Origin: Zygnema circumcarinatum SAG 698-1b
Lineage: Eukaryota > Plantae > Zygnematophyceae
Reading direction: 5' to 3'
DNA: 64,000 bases
Assembly (NCBI GenBank): GCA_037447605.1
Contig: CM074816.1
Location: forward strand, 1,262,283-1,326,282
Part shown: piece by piece, positions 1 through 10,925 of the stretch
Layout: each line of letters starts with the position of its first letter
Numbering within the stretch: the stretch's first letter is position 1
Notes under the pieces: model-generated
The model's input: only the letters and a program-made list of their open reading frames with translations
The model's database searches: none
Told to the model about the DNA's origin: nothing
Position numbers and translations under genes: made by a program

Positions 1-757
1 GCGCTTGGTCCGGGTATAGCCAATTGCAGAGTTTTTGAAAGTGTGAAGAGGCTTCATATCTATGTAAAAAAGAAAAGGGGCTATGGAGTTTTTGCGCGCT
101 TTCTTTGCTTGTTTCCAAATCTTGCGTTTTTGCGCTTATTCGACAATGGTGATTTGTATAGAAAACATGATTATGTGGTTGAACACGCTAACTTGGAGGA
201 GCTAGATGTACGTGGAAGTTATTATCATCGTTTGAAAATTACATGTCCACAGTTGAGAATTCTTAGTCTTCATGTATATGTGAAAGAGTTGGTATTCGGG
301 CGAAACGGTTGCTTGGATGAGATCCTTTTACTCGAAGGGATCCATGACCTCAGATTCGAAATGGATTCGTTGAGAATTGAACTCCACAACTCCATATTCC
401 AATTTACCTTTATGTGAGGAGGATATTATTCTCAAGTTTCTTTTGAGGAGCATGAACAGTTTGGAAAAATTCCAGGTGACAAGAGACTATGGCTTACGTT
501 GGGCGAACGTTTGTAAGGCTTTGAAGAATAGTTTTTTCTTCCCTCGACTTGTTGAACTTACAATTTTACAAGTTTTGAAGCCTCTCGATATACAGATGTC
601 ACGTGAGTGGCTGAAAGTCAGCCCGAAGCTTCAACATATGCGCTTCGAATTATGCTCGAAGGTATATAGGGTTGACGGCGACGGCGATGAGGCCTTCATG
701 GAGAAGGTTGAAGAATTAGAGAAGCTATTTCCAAGGGTTTGCTTCAGCCTTATGTGA
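1..757 (+). pseudogene. 3' part of an F-box/LRR (RNI-like) protein paralog with a +1 frameshift; 5' end lies outside the window
   Basis: Position 1 aligns to 5628 of the intact paralog. ORFs 43-417 and 377-757 together match its C-terminal half (LEELDV..YH.LKITCP.L, EWLKVSPKLQHMRFE, LFPRVC). There is an extra T in the TTT run at 409-411 (ACCTTTATGTGAG versus ACCTTATACAAG in the paralog). This could also be a homopolymer sequencing error. Confidence 0.75.
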
Positions 758-2345
758 GATAGCAAGATGACAAACGGATCAGCATACGCCAAGTATGGGA
801 CTCTCACCTTTATAACGTGTATCTACTTTTTTGAAGAAGGAAGTAGACAAATTTGAAAGTTCCTGTTGCTTGTTCTTATGATTTTTGAAGATTATCTCTC
901 TGCATGTACCTGTTTAACCTATGGAATTCTTTCTTTTGTCACGTGTGTCTACTGTCTTGCCTAACTCACCCAAGCATGATGCTTTGGTGGTCGTTGGATT
1001 CATAACAGGTGATTTTCTGGCCGTTAAGAGTTCCATGGACAGTTTTTCTGAAGGAGGCCGCACGCTTGCTTTCAATTTCTGTAAACAATGGCGATGATTC
1101 GAGACTCGGTTCAAAAGCTTACGTTTGGACTGCAGAAGTGAGGCAGATTCATGATGAATAGATCTCTTTTAGATGCGATATCGGTTCGGGTGTTTACTGG
1201 CGACATTTTAGCGCTTTTTGTGGCCTAGTTTAGGATAGTTTAGGATGGTTACAGTCGTTTAGGTATCATCAGACTGCTTTGGCCAGTATTTGGATTTTTT
1301 TCCTTTGGGCTTGGCGACGCTTTGATGTTTCCTTTGGATGTCTAGGCCACCCTCTCGAGTCTCTTCATCCCACTCTTTCTTGCCTTGGAGTGCAAGTGCC
1401 CTTCACTGCTAGTGCCCTTTCTCTATATGCTGATGCCTCATCTCTCAAAGCATGATTGTGGGTAGATTGCATTCAAATTGACTCCAAAGAAAATATACAA
1501 AGACATAAAAGCACAAAGAAATCATATCCATACAAAATACCCCTCGAAAGCCTCAAAGGCTTGAAACTACATTAAGAATGAACAAGGACGCACAACGTAA
1601 TAGTTAAGCCCACAGCTCTCACTACCTATTTTTACAAACCCTTCTCTGAAAACAATTACTATATCCTACCATTCAATCCTGGACCATACACCTCCTAATC
1701 CTGTCCACCTCCTAATCCTATTCATCCAAAGCAGCCACTTCCCTGTTGCACTCCTCCACGTCCTCTCGACACCTCCATGCCTCGGCGGTCACCTTCTATG
1801 CGCTCATGGAACCCGGCCCTCAAGAGGGGCTGCGGCAGGGCGGGGCAGGACCAGCAGACAGGCATGGACATGAGCATGGCATGGCATGGTATGGCATGGC
1901 ATGGCTCCGCACGGCATGGCATGGCACGCATGATGGCTGACCCAGTGTCTCCGCGGTCTCAGATCCGCTCCACCTATCACGAGCACTGACCGATCATGTC
2001 ATTTCTTACAAAGAAATAATGGATAATGTTCGGCATCAAGCGGCCCTTACACTGACCACGAACACTACTGTACCAAGATTGTGACTGACTCTTGCTCCCT
2101 CCTTTCCCTCGCCTCCCTCACTTTCCTCTCTCTCCCACTTGCCATTCTCATGTTGACTACCCTCCCTCACTTTCCTCTCTCTCCCACTTGCCATTCTCAT
2201 GTTGAGTACGAAGACAGGAGGGAGCCATTGCAGGACACCGCCGTGAAGGTGACTGGCTTGCAGACTCAGCCCCCACCTCATTTTCCCGCTGCAACAAATT
2301 TCAACGTTCTGCATATTCTCGAAAAGGTAATGCTCTCCCATTAAT

Positions 2346-2489
2346 GACGGAACGCGAATCGCCGAAGAGAAACGATGGCGTAAGGCGGACGGGCCTGCCG
2401 CAAACATCTGTTACTATTGTAATTTATCGGGTCATTGGGCGAGAAATTGCAAGAATAAAGCGACTGATTTGAAAATGTCAGAACAGGCA
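2346..2489 (+). mobile_element. Gag-like CCHC zinc-knuckle fragment (possible retrotransposon relic)
   Basis: 2409-2450 translates to CYYCNLSGHWARNC (C-x2-C-x4-H-x4-C) in a short frame that closes soon after. No pol or LTR was found nearby. Confidence 0.45.
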
Positions 2490-5057
2490 TATTGAATGTC
2501 GACAAGGAGTCGTCGTTAGGATTCCACACTGAAGCTCCGCAGCGCTTTTCTTTGAAGAAATTTGTTAACATGTTACGAGAGCGTTATCCTGAGCAAATCG
2601 AGGCAGTAGCTTAGAAGCTATTGGAGAAGGGATGCGGCAACTGAAGCCTTTGCAATTGGAAGGAGTGAGTAAAAAGAGTGAGAGGAAGAGAGAGAGAGGA
2701 GGAGAGAGTGAGAGAAAATTGTTCCTGACCATACGAGAAGCCCATCGACAGTTGTTACTTTCAATGTAAAACCCTTGAACTTGGGGAAACCTCCCACCTC
2801 TCTCTCCCCCCCTCCTCCCCCTCACCCTCTCTCTTCCTACCTTCCCCCTCTTGATCTTCCTCTCCCTACCCCCGCGAATTTATAATGTAGAAAGCATGGT
2901 GAAGATCAAGATCAAAGGTTTCCAAACATGTTTCGAGTTCTTTTCGAGTTCTTGACATTAGCAATTACGTATCGTTGTGGATTTAATTGAACATCGATAT
3001 CGAGTTGAGGTTTGTTCAGGGTACTTTTAATGGTACTTTTGAGTGAAATGAAAAGAAAATTGAAGGGATCTCCACATCTTCCAGACATGGATATGGAACA
3101 AACACTCAAATTTCCTACACCCTCTCCCTCTCGTTCCTTCTCTAATGCGCATCATCTCGTCCATAGAGACTTCACTGTTCTGTAGTTTCCACTATGTATA
3201 ACCCTTGCGAAGGTCCCCCTCTCTCGGCCTTCCTGTCTCGGGCTATTCTTTCCCCTCTACTTCTGTCCCTCATACCTTCCTCCTCTCCTCTTTCAGTCCC
3301 TCCTCCCTCCTACCTTCCCCTCCGGCCCACCTTCTACTTTGCTACTAATCGTCATCGTCAAAATCGTCATCTTCGTTCACCGGAGCATTTCGAGCAGCCG
3401 CACGCTGAGCCCGTGAGGCGAAGCTGCCCTTCTCTACACGGCCCCCGTGAGCACGCGCCTCCGCGCTCTGCATCGGAAAAAGAAAAGAAAAAATAAGGCC
3501 TAATACTGCAGACTCCATCACATTGAACCGTCAGACGGAGCAGCTACAGGTAGAACTGGATAATGTTCGGCATCCAGCGGCCCTTACACTGACCACGAAC
3601 ACTACAGTACCAAGATTGTGACTGACTCTTCCTCCCTCCTTTTTCCCGCCTCCCTCCCTCTCCACTTTCGACCACTTGCCATTCCCATGTTGCGTAAGAC
3701 GCCGCAAGCTACTGACCTGAATCCGAGCAGCCTCTTCAGGTGTCATCGGATTCTTGCTGCTCTGGGCCCCTCCGCCGCCGCTCTGTCATGTACAAAACGG
3801 AGTAAATAACGTTCTATCAAATCATATATTAGCCAGGCGGAAGAGGGGATGGTGGGGGTGTCNNNNNNNNNNGAGGGAGGGAGGGAGGGAGGGAGGGGAG
3901 GGAGGGAGGAGTAGGGGAGGCAAGGATTCATGTATCAACCCATCCACGTCACTTCTCCTCAAGAAATCACACCATCGCTCCAATACGCTCTTCTTAATCC
4001 AGAAAAATATTAAGAAGAAAACTAAGCCAAGTAACGACAGCCTGAAAGCCCTTCACAATCCTCTGACGATGCTCCAGTTTTACTGCTTCAGTTTCAGTTA
4101 CGCAACTGCGGTCATGGAATCACTCACCCCAGAAGCCCCTTTGCCCGTCCTCCCCTGGCCCTTCCCTCCCCCTCCTCCGCCCTTCCCCTTCGCCTCCACC
4201 ACGAGGCGAGGAAAGCGCTCAACGGTCGTCATAGTTTTCTGTCCCTTTCCAACACTTGGCTGAGTGGAGACAGGAGGGAGCCGTTGCAGGACACCGCCGT
4301 GAAGGTGACTGGCTTGCAGACTCAACCCCCACCTCATTTTCCCGCTACAACAAATTTCAAAGTTCTGCATATTCTCAAAAAGGTAATGCTCTCACTCTCT
4401 CTCTTCCCCCTCCCTCTCTCTTTCTTTCTCTCTCGCTCGCTCAGTCTCACTCTTCCCTTGCCCTCACCTCCTCCCTATCCCTATCTCCTTCTCTCTCTCT
4501 CAACCTTATCGCTGCCGAAGCCGTTCCATGAGCCTCGTGTGTCACTCCTTTCTGCACAATAAAACGGAATCGCGTCACAAGGGCAGCGTTTCAAGGGCAG
4601 CCTGCCACGCGCAGTGCCCGGCGGCGCATGCAGTTTGCAGCGGACTCGAGCATGGCCTCGTCGCAGACCTCTCGGCCTTTCTCGAACAGTCCCGCAAAGT
4701 GCGATTGCGCGCATGCAAGACACTCTTGGAGACTGAGAAGACATCCGCCGTGAATGGGTACTTGAATGGCAGTGGATGACTCGGAGTCGATGTAAGAGTT
4801 AGATTTGAACTAATCCCACGCCGTGACGCTGAAAGTACTGTATTGCAAACGCGGCAAGCGTCGGTGGCGTCCGTACACTTCTAGAACCTTCCTGCCGGCG
4901 GCTTGTGAGCTGCGGCTTTAAGGATCTCCCTCCTATCGCCATCTCCTCACCCCCCCTCCTTGTCCTCCTCTCATATTTCTCCTCCTATTCCTCTGCTTAT
5001 CTCTCTTTCCTTTTAAAACATTTCTTTCCTTCGTTTTTTTTTATCTTTCTTGTCTCC

Positions 5058-6377
5058 ATGGACGCGAGCAGCCAACGAGAAAGTGACACTTGCGATGGCA
5101 GCTCAATCTTGGGCCTTCCGATGGTCCTCTTGGTGCTAATTCTCTTCAGGGCTGTTGACGCCAAAGATTTTATGACGAGCGCTTTGCGGCTGTCAACTGT
5201 TTGCAAGGCCTTTCAAGAAGCGGTGCAGGCATTCACGGAAGCAAGTATTGGAATGAGAACAATGGCTGCCATAAAAACAAGAGTTCATGGAGAGAAAGCT
5301 CAATTTCTTGAAATTGGAAAACTTGTGCGTCTAACGCCGAAGGTGGAGTCCCTTATTGTTAATTGCGTTGTTAACCCGTCCGATACCGAGCCTAGGGATC
5401 CCTTTATTCCTGTTAATGGCCTTTCTCTTTCGTCCTATAGTGTCCTTTTCTCATCACCCCCTCCCGGGCCTAGTTTTCCCGTTGTTCCTTCGATGATATC
5501 TTCTTGGTCGACTGTGATTGGGACTACTCTTCGAAACTTGTCTATCAAGATGAAAGGAGGTCTCAATTGGAAGCATTTCCAAGCTCTCAGCAGCTTTTCA
5601 GTTCTTGAAAGCCTAACTGCCAGTGTTGCGCTTGGTCCGGATATAGCCAATTGCAGAGTTCTTGAAAGTGTGAAGAGGCTTCGTGTCAATGTAAAAACAC
5701 GATTGGACGATGGAATTTTATCGTGCTTTCTTAGGCTGTTTCCCAATCTCACCTTTCTGGGCTTCTGCCATGATTCTTTTCCGACGCTCAAAAGATATGA
5801 CAGTCTCATTGAACACGCTATCGTGGAAGAGCTAGATGTAAGTGGAAATTATCATGGTTTGAAAATTACATGTCCTCGGTTGAAAGTTTTCAGTCTTCAT
5901 GCATATGTAGACGAGTTGGTATTCGGGCACAACGGTTGCTTGGATGAGATCCGTCTACTCGCATGGATCCGCGACCTCAGATTTGAAATGGAGTCGTTGA
6001 GAAATGAACTCCATAATTCCATATTCAAATTTACCTTATACAAGGAGGATATTATTTTCAAGTTTCTTCTGAGGAGCATGAACAGTCTGGAAAAGGTCGA
6101 GGTGACAAGAAACTGCGGATTACGTTGGGTGAACGTCTGTAAGGCTTTGAAGGATACTTTTCTTTTCCCTCGACTTGCTGAACTTACGCTTTTAGAAGTT
6201 GAGAAGTCTCTCGATATACAGGTATCACTTGAGTGGCTGAAAGTCAGCCCGAAGCTGCAACATATGCGCTTCGAATCATGCCCAAAGGCAGACAGGGTCG
6301 ACGGCGATGATGCGCTCATGGAGAAGATTGAAGAATTAAAAAAGTTGTTTCCAAGGGTTTGCAACAGTCTGGTGTGA
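5058..6377 (+). CDS. Intronless F-box-like/LRR (RNI-like) protein, 439 aa
   Basis: ATG at 5058 follows a CT-rich leader. The N-terminal SILGLPMVLLVLILF...ALRLSTVCKAFQEAV resembles an F-box. Downstream LxxLxL repeats are present (LRNLSI, LESLTA, VKRLRV, LTFLGF, LKVFSL, LAELTL). An in-window paralog shares the frame. Confidence 0.8.
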   Translation: MDASSQRESDTCDGSSILGLPMVLLVLILFRAVDAKDFMTSALRLSTVCKAFQEAVQAFTEASIGMRTMAAIKTRVHGEKAQFLEIGKLVRLTPKVESLIVNCVVNPSDTEPRDPFIPVNGLSLSSYSVLFSSPPPGPSFPVVPSMISSWSTVIGTTLRNLSIKMKGGLNWKHFQALSSFSVLESLTASVALGPDIANCRVLESVKRLRVNVKTRLDDGILSCFLRLFPNLTFLGFCHDSFPTLKRYDSLIEHAIVEELDVSGNYHGLKITCPRLKVFSLHAYVDELVFGHNGCLDEIRLLAWIRDLRFEMESLRNELHNSIFKFTLYKEDIIFKFLLRSMNSLEKVEVTRNCGLRWVNVCKALKDTFLFPRLAELTLLEVEKSLDIQVSLEWLKVSPKLQHMRFESCPKADRVDGDDALMEKIEELKKLFPRVCNSLV

Positions 6378-7536
6378 GATAGCAAATCGACAAACGGTTT
6401 AACACACCAAGTGAGGGACTCCCACCTTTATAACGTGTATTTACTTTTTTGAAGAAGGAAGACGACAAATTTGAATGCTTTTGTTGCTTTTGCTTATGAT
6501 TTTTGAATATTACATCTGTGCGTGTGCTTGCCTAACCTATGGTATAATGTTTTTTTTCACTTGTGTCTACTATCTTGCCTAACTCACCTAAGCTTGATGT
6601 TTTGGTGTTCGTTAGATTCATCACAGGTGGTTTTCCGGCCATTAGAGTTCCATGGACAGTTCTACTGAAGGAGGTCGCACGCTTGCTTTCAATTTCTGTT
6701 AGCAATGGCGATGCTTTGAGACTCGGTTCAAAAGCTTACGTTGGGACTGCAGAAGTGAGGCAGATTCATGATGAAAAGATCCCTTTTCATTGAGATGCGG
6801 GCAAGTTTTTTTTGTTGCATAAGTGATATCGTTTGGATGTTTCAGTAACAGGTTCGGGTGCTTACTAGCGACATTTTAGCGCTTTTTTTGGCCTAGTTTA
6901 GGATGGTTACAGTCGTTCTTGTTGGCTGCTTCAGGTATCTTCAGACTCCTTTGGCCAATATTTGGATTTTTTTCCTTTGTTTGGCGACGCTCTGATGTTT
7001 CCTTTGGATGTTTGGGCCACCCTCTCGAGTCTTTTCACCCCCGTCTTTTTTGCCTTGGAAAAGCAACAGTTCCTACCGAATCCGCCGGTCCGTGTCGTTC
7101 CTGTAAAGTTGAGCAAAATCTGTCAGTGTGTATAAGCTCAAATCCACTGCTAGTGCTCCTTCTTTATATGCTGATGTCTCATTTGTCAGAGCATGACTCT
7201 GGGCAAATAATATTCAAATTGACTCCAAATAAAATATACAAAGACATAAATGCACACAGGAATCATACACATTCAAAATGCGGAATAAAAATGGAGAAAG
7301 CCTGAAGGGCTTGAAACTACATTAAGAATAAACAAGGAGGTACAGCATAATAGTCAAGCCCACAGTTCTCACTACCAGCCTCTACAACTCCATATCCCTC
7401 AAAACAAGCATTGTAGGCTACCATCCACGCCTGGACCACACTCCTAATCCTATTTGTCCTAAGCAGCCACTTCCCTGTTGCACGCCTCCACGTTCCACGT
7501 CCTCTCGACGTCTCCATGTCTCGGTAGGCACCTGCT

Positions 7537-7655
7537 ATGCCATGCCATGCTATGCCCTACCATGCCCTACCATGCCCTACCATGCCCTACCATGCCCTAC
7601 CATGCCCTGCCATGCCCTGTCATGCCCTGTCATGCCATGCCATGCCATGCCGTGA
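7537..7655. repeat. CATGC/CATGCCCTAC micro-minisatellite (related arrays at ~1860-1931 and ~36765-36845)
   Basis: Tandem ATGCC/ATGGC pentamers and CATGCCCTAC decamers are directly visible. Confidence 0.85.
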
Positions 7656-7780
7656 CCTGCCCCACCGCCCTGCCGCAGTTCTCCTCCCCAGAGCGCCGGG
7701 TTCCATGAGCGCATTTCGTAACGGCCCGTAGCGGCCCACGGAGGATGCATCGTTTCGCAAAGGAACGCCGGCTCCATATA

Positions 7781-8583
7781 CAGTCTAATCACGTTATAGT
7801 GACTGTGTCGGTCCCCACTAGGGATGGCTTAATTACGACTATATAATCTATATTATATTATATAACTGTGACGACTAAATAACGGCTGTTATATAATACT
7901 TTACAACGCCTTTACAACATGTACGGTCGTACGGTCATACGCCAAAACGACCTAATTTTGGTATGGTACGACCGTACGACCGTACGAGTACGGTCGTACG
8001 GTTGTTAATTGTTCAAAACGAGTGGGTATAATATATGTAATAAAGTGTTTTACTTTGTACTATATTACTACTTTTAAACCCGTTGTAAAGTATATAATAT
8101 AGTCGGACTTTATAACGCGGGCCATCCCTAGTCCCCACACATTTGTGTCACTATATCGGTAATGACCCGTTTGTCATTTCACATTTATAGTAACAATGTT
8201 ATTACATATGTTTTGCGGTATATCCGTACGACTTTGATACCGTACATTGTACTTTTTGGGCAGTCGTCACGTGGGTAGGTGTGTACGAACCCTAGTGAGC
8301 ATGTGTACGGACAAGTTGATATGTACGGTCAAGTCGATATCTGACGATATTAGTCGATAATGTGTACGGTCGTCATATATTTGTAACGCATATTCCAATA
8401 CGTGGGTGGATAATATCGACATTTTGAATATATAGTAACAATCAGGGTTTTTCAACGTCATTATATCCGTAATAGCGTCACTACTGGCGCAGGATCTGCA
8501 GTGGTGCAATTCCGTTCCCGGAAAAAAAGTCAGTATATTCATGCTGTTCTTATAAACAGTGTCACTATAACGTGATTAGACTG
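7781..8583. mobile_element. Tc1/mariner-type non-autonomous element (MITE)
   Basis: Perfect 23-bp TIR: CAGTCTAATCACGTTATAGTGAC (7781-7803) and GTCACTATAACGTGATTAGACTG (8561-8583). Flanked by TA on both sides. No transposase ORF. Confidence 0.9.
7819..8130. mobile_element. hAT-type MITE nested in the Tc1/mariner MITE
   Basis: 10-bp TIR TAGGGATGGC/GCCATCCCTA, whose first 8 nt match the maize Ac end TAGGGATG. Perfect 8-bp TSD GTCCCCAC at 7811-7818 and 8131-8138. Subterminal 13-bp inverted repeat at 7896-7908/8081-8093. Confidence 0.9.
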
Positions 8584-8916
8584 TATATAGAAACCACGTT
8601 ATCCAATCAGCGGTCGCCACGTGGACTCCAGTCCAACGCCAGCGTTGCAGTCGCACGCTGCCGGATCTTTGGTAGCCACGTGGCGGCACGCGAATTGTCG
8701 GAAAGGCCGCCAATTGTCGGAAAGGCGCCTTCAGAGGTGAGTTGGGTGGTCCCGTCAGCGCTAACGTGGCAGCCACGCCGGCGCCACGTTGGCCAAACAG
8801 ACCCCGGGGCCCGAATTGCGGGACGTCTTCTAAGCTCAGACGACTAGAGTCGTAGTGTCTCTCTGTCAAATCGTATAAATCAAATTTTGTTCGTAAAAAT
8901 CCACAGATTCATATTC

Positions 8917-10143
8917 AAATTTGATGGTGGAGCCTCCAGAGAGGCTTCCCAAAAATAGCGTATGCCGCTATTTGTGCGAGGCGAACGGTATTCTTTAGTA
9001 AAAGGCGAAAGAATAGTTCGCTATGCGCCTCACACGCGGCTGATAGTTATTCTGCCGGTCGCGGGCGCCTTTACCCGCGGCCTGGGCGCCAGCGCGGACG
9101 GCGTTGTGGGACATTGCGGGGCGCGCCGGCCGGGGAATCGGACAACGGGGAAGGGAAGTCTCGTGGGGCGATACGACACGATATCGATATTTTTCGGTAT
9201 CGTATCGCAACGTATCGGTATCGTATCGTGGGAGCCATGCACAGTTCGGACCAGTGGATCGGCAACCATTGGACAACCATTGGATGGCAATGGTTGGACG
9301 TCTACTGGTCGGCAACCAGTCGACTGGTTCGGAACCAGTGGATGCCACTGGTTGGCAACCAGTCGAATGGTTGTTTCGATCCGGCGGCACTGGTTGGCAA
9401 CCAGTCGACTGGTTGTGAACCAGTGGCATCCACTGGTTGGCAACCAGTCGAATGGTTGTTTCGATCCGGCAGCACTGGTTGGCAACCAGTCGAATGGTTA
9501 TATCCATTAAATCAAATGGTTGGCAACCATTAAATTGTCGGTGTACGGATCCCCGTATTGTCAATATACTGTAAATATTTTCCGTACGATTTTCCGGCAA
9601 TTTTAAAAAAATGCCGGAAAAATTGCCGGAAAATCGTACGGAAAATATTTACAGTATATCGACAATACGGGGATCCGTACACCGACAATTTAATGGTTGC
9701 CAACCATTTGATCACTGGTTCCGAACCAGTCGAATGGTTGTTTCAGTCCTGCGCCACTGGTTCGCAACCAGTCGACTGGTTTCCAACCAGTGGATGCCAC
9801 TGGTTGGCAACCAGTCGACTGGTTTGGAACCAGTGGATGCCACTGGTTGGCAACCATTCGACTGGTTGCGAACCAGTGGCATCCACTGGTTGGCAACCAG
9901 TCGAATGGTTGTTTCGGTCCGCAACCACTGGTTGGCAACCAGTCGACTGGTTTGGAACCAGTGGATGCCACTGGTTGGCAACCAGTCGAATGGTTGTTTC
10001 GATCCGCAACCACTGGTTGGCAACCAGTCGAATGGTTTGTCTAATGGTCCGATCTGTGGAGCCATGTGAACAGAGACGGCAGCTTTTCATTGCGACAGTT
10101 CTGAGTTCTCGTGTAACCGTAAAACCGAACAGGTTGAGAAAAA
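8917..10143. repeat. Interspersed repeat copy 1 (~410 bp, split by the foldback insertion); copy 2 at ~13161-13573
   Basis: GGAGCCTCC.GAGAGGCTTCCCAAAAATAGCGTATGCCGC... through ...AACCGAACAGGTTGAGAAA is shared in direct orientation with 13161-13573. Confidence 0.85.
9240..10058. mobile_element. Foldback-type element with internal palindromic tandem repeats
   Basis: 8-bp TSD GAGCCATG at 9232-9239 and 10059-10066. 14-bp TIR CACAGTTCGGACCA/TGGTCCGATCTGTG (1 mismatch). Arms are built of CCACTGGTTGGCAACCAGT units. Central 92-bp stem at 9511-9602/9621-9712 (1 mismatch). A single-copy empty site exists in the paralogous repeat at ~13492-13499. Confidence 0.85.
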
Positions 10144-10925
10144 ACAGAAATTAAAGATTTTGGCTTCTAAAAATGAAAATAAATTCAAAAGCAGTAAAGC
10201 CTTGATGTACTCTCTACATCAATAAAATCTATATAGGAAGATTGCTTAAACAATAGTCGTTTACTTGGGCTTCTAACTTTTGCTGAAAATTTAAAGGATT
10301 TTCTGGCCGGTGTGCTTTCTCCTACATTTCTTGGTTGATTAAGGGTCTTTTGCTGTGAGATATTAAAAACCTTTTAGGGTTAGGACTTAGGGTTTAGGGT
10401 TTAGGGTTAGGGTATCTACTGAGATTATCTACTGAGATTTTGCTCTTCAGATTGTGCTTTGTCTTTTTTCAGATCCACGTTTTGTAGATGCCTTCTAAAA
10501 TGTTTTGATTGAGATCTTGAATAAGAGGGCATGGGAACATGTGAGTACACTGAAAAAAGTGGATCGTAGGCTTCAAATTTGGCGCGATGATCTGCATTAC
10601 AAAGCTCGAAATATTGAGTTCAAGTCATAAAAATCCAGATCGTGAAGCCCTAAACCCTAAATCTTCAACCCTGAATCTTAAACCCTCAACCACTTCCAAA
10701 GAATCCCAATTCCAACACAGCCGATATGAGAAAACAAAGGGCTTTGGAGAAGATAAGGTAAAGACAACACGATTCTTTGATCTTTCAGTGACACTGTTCC
10801 TATTATCTCGACCTTCTATGCCCGAATATTAACAGTACTTCAAAACCACCCCCATAAACTGAGAACACCCTTGAAACCCAAACGAAACGAAACAAAGCGA
10901 AACCCCTAAACCCCTAAACCCAATC

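Noticed and set aside
2912-3500. Short ORFs between the F-box copies
   Set aside because: No motif recognised, with stops and low complexity.
9240-10058. Palindromic short repeats resembling a CRISPR array, and the overlapping 100-200 aa ORFs
   Set aside because: There are no unique spacers and no cas genes, the context is eukaryotic, and the ORFs are translations of the tandem units.
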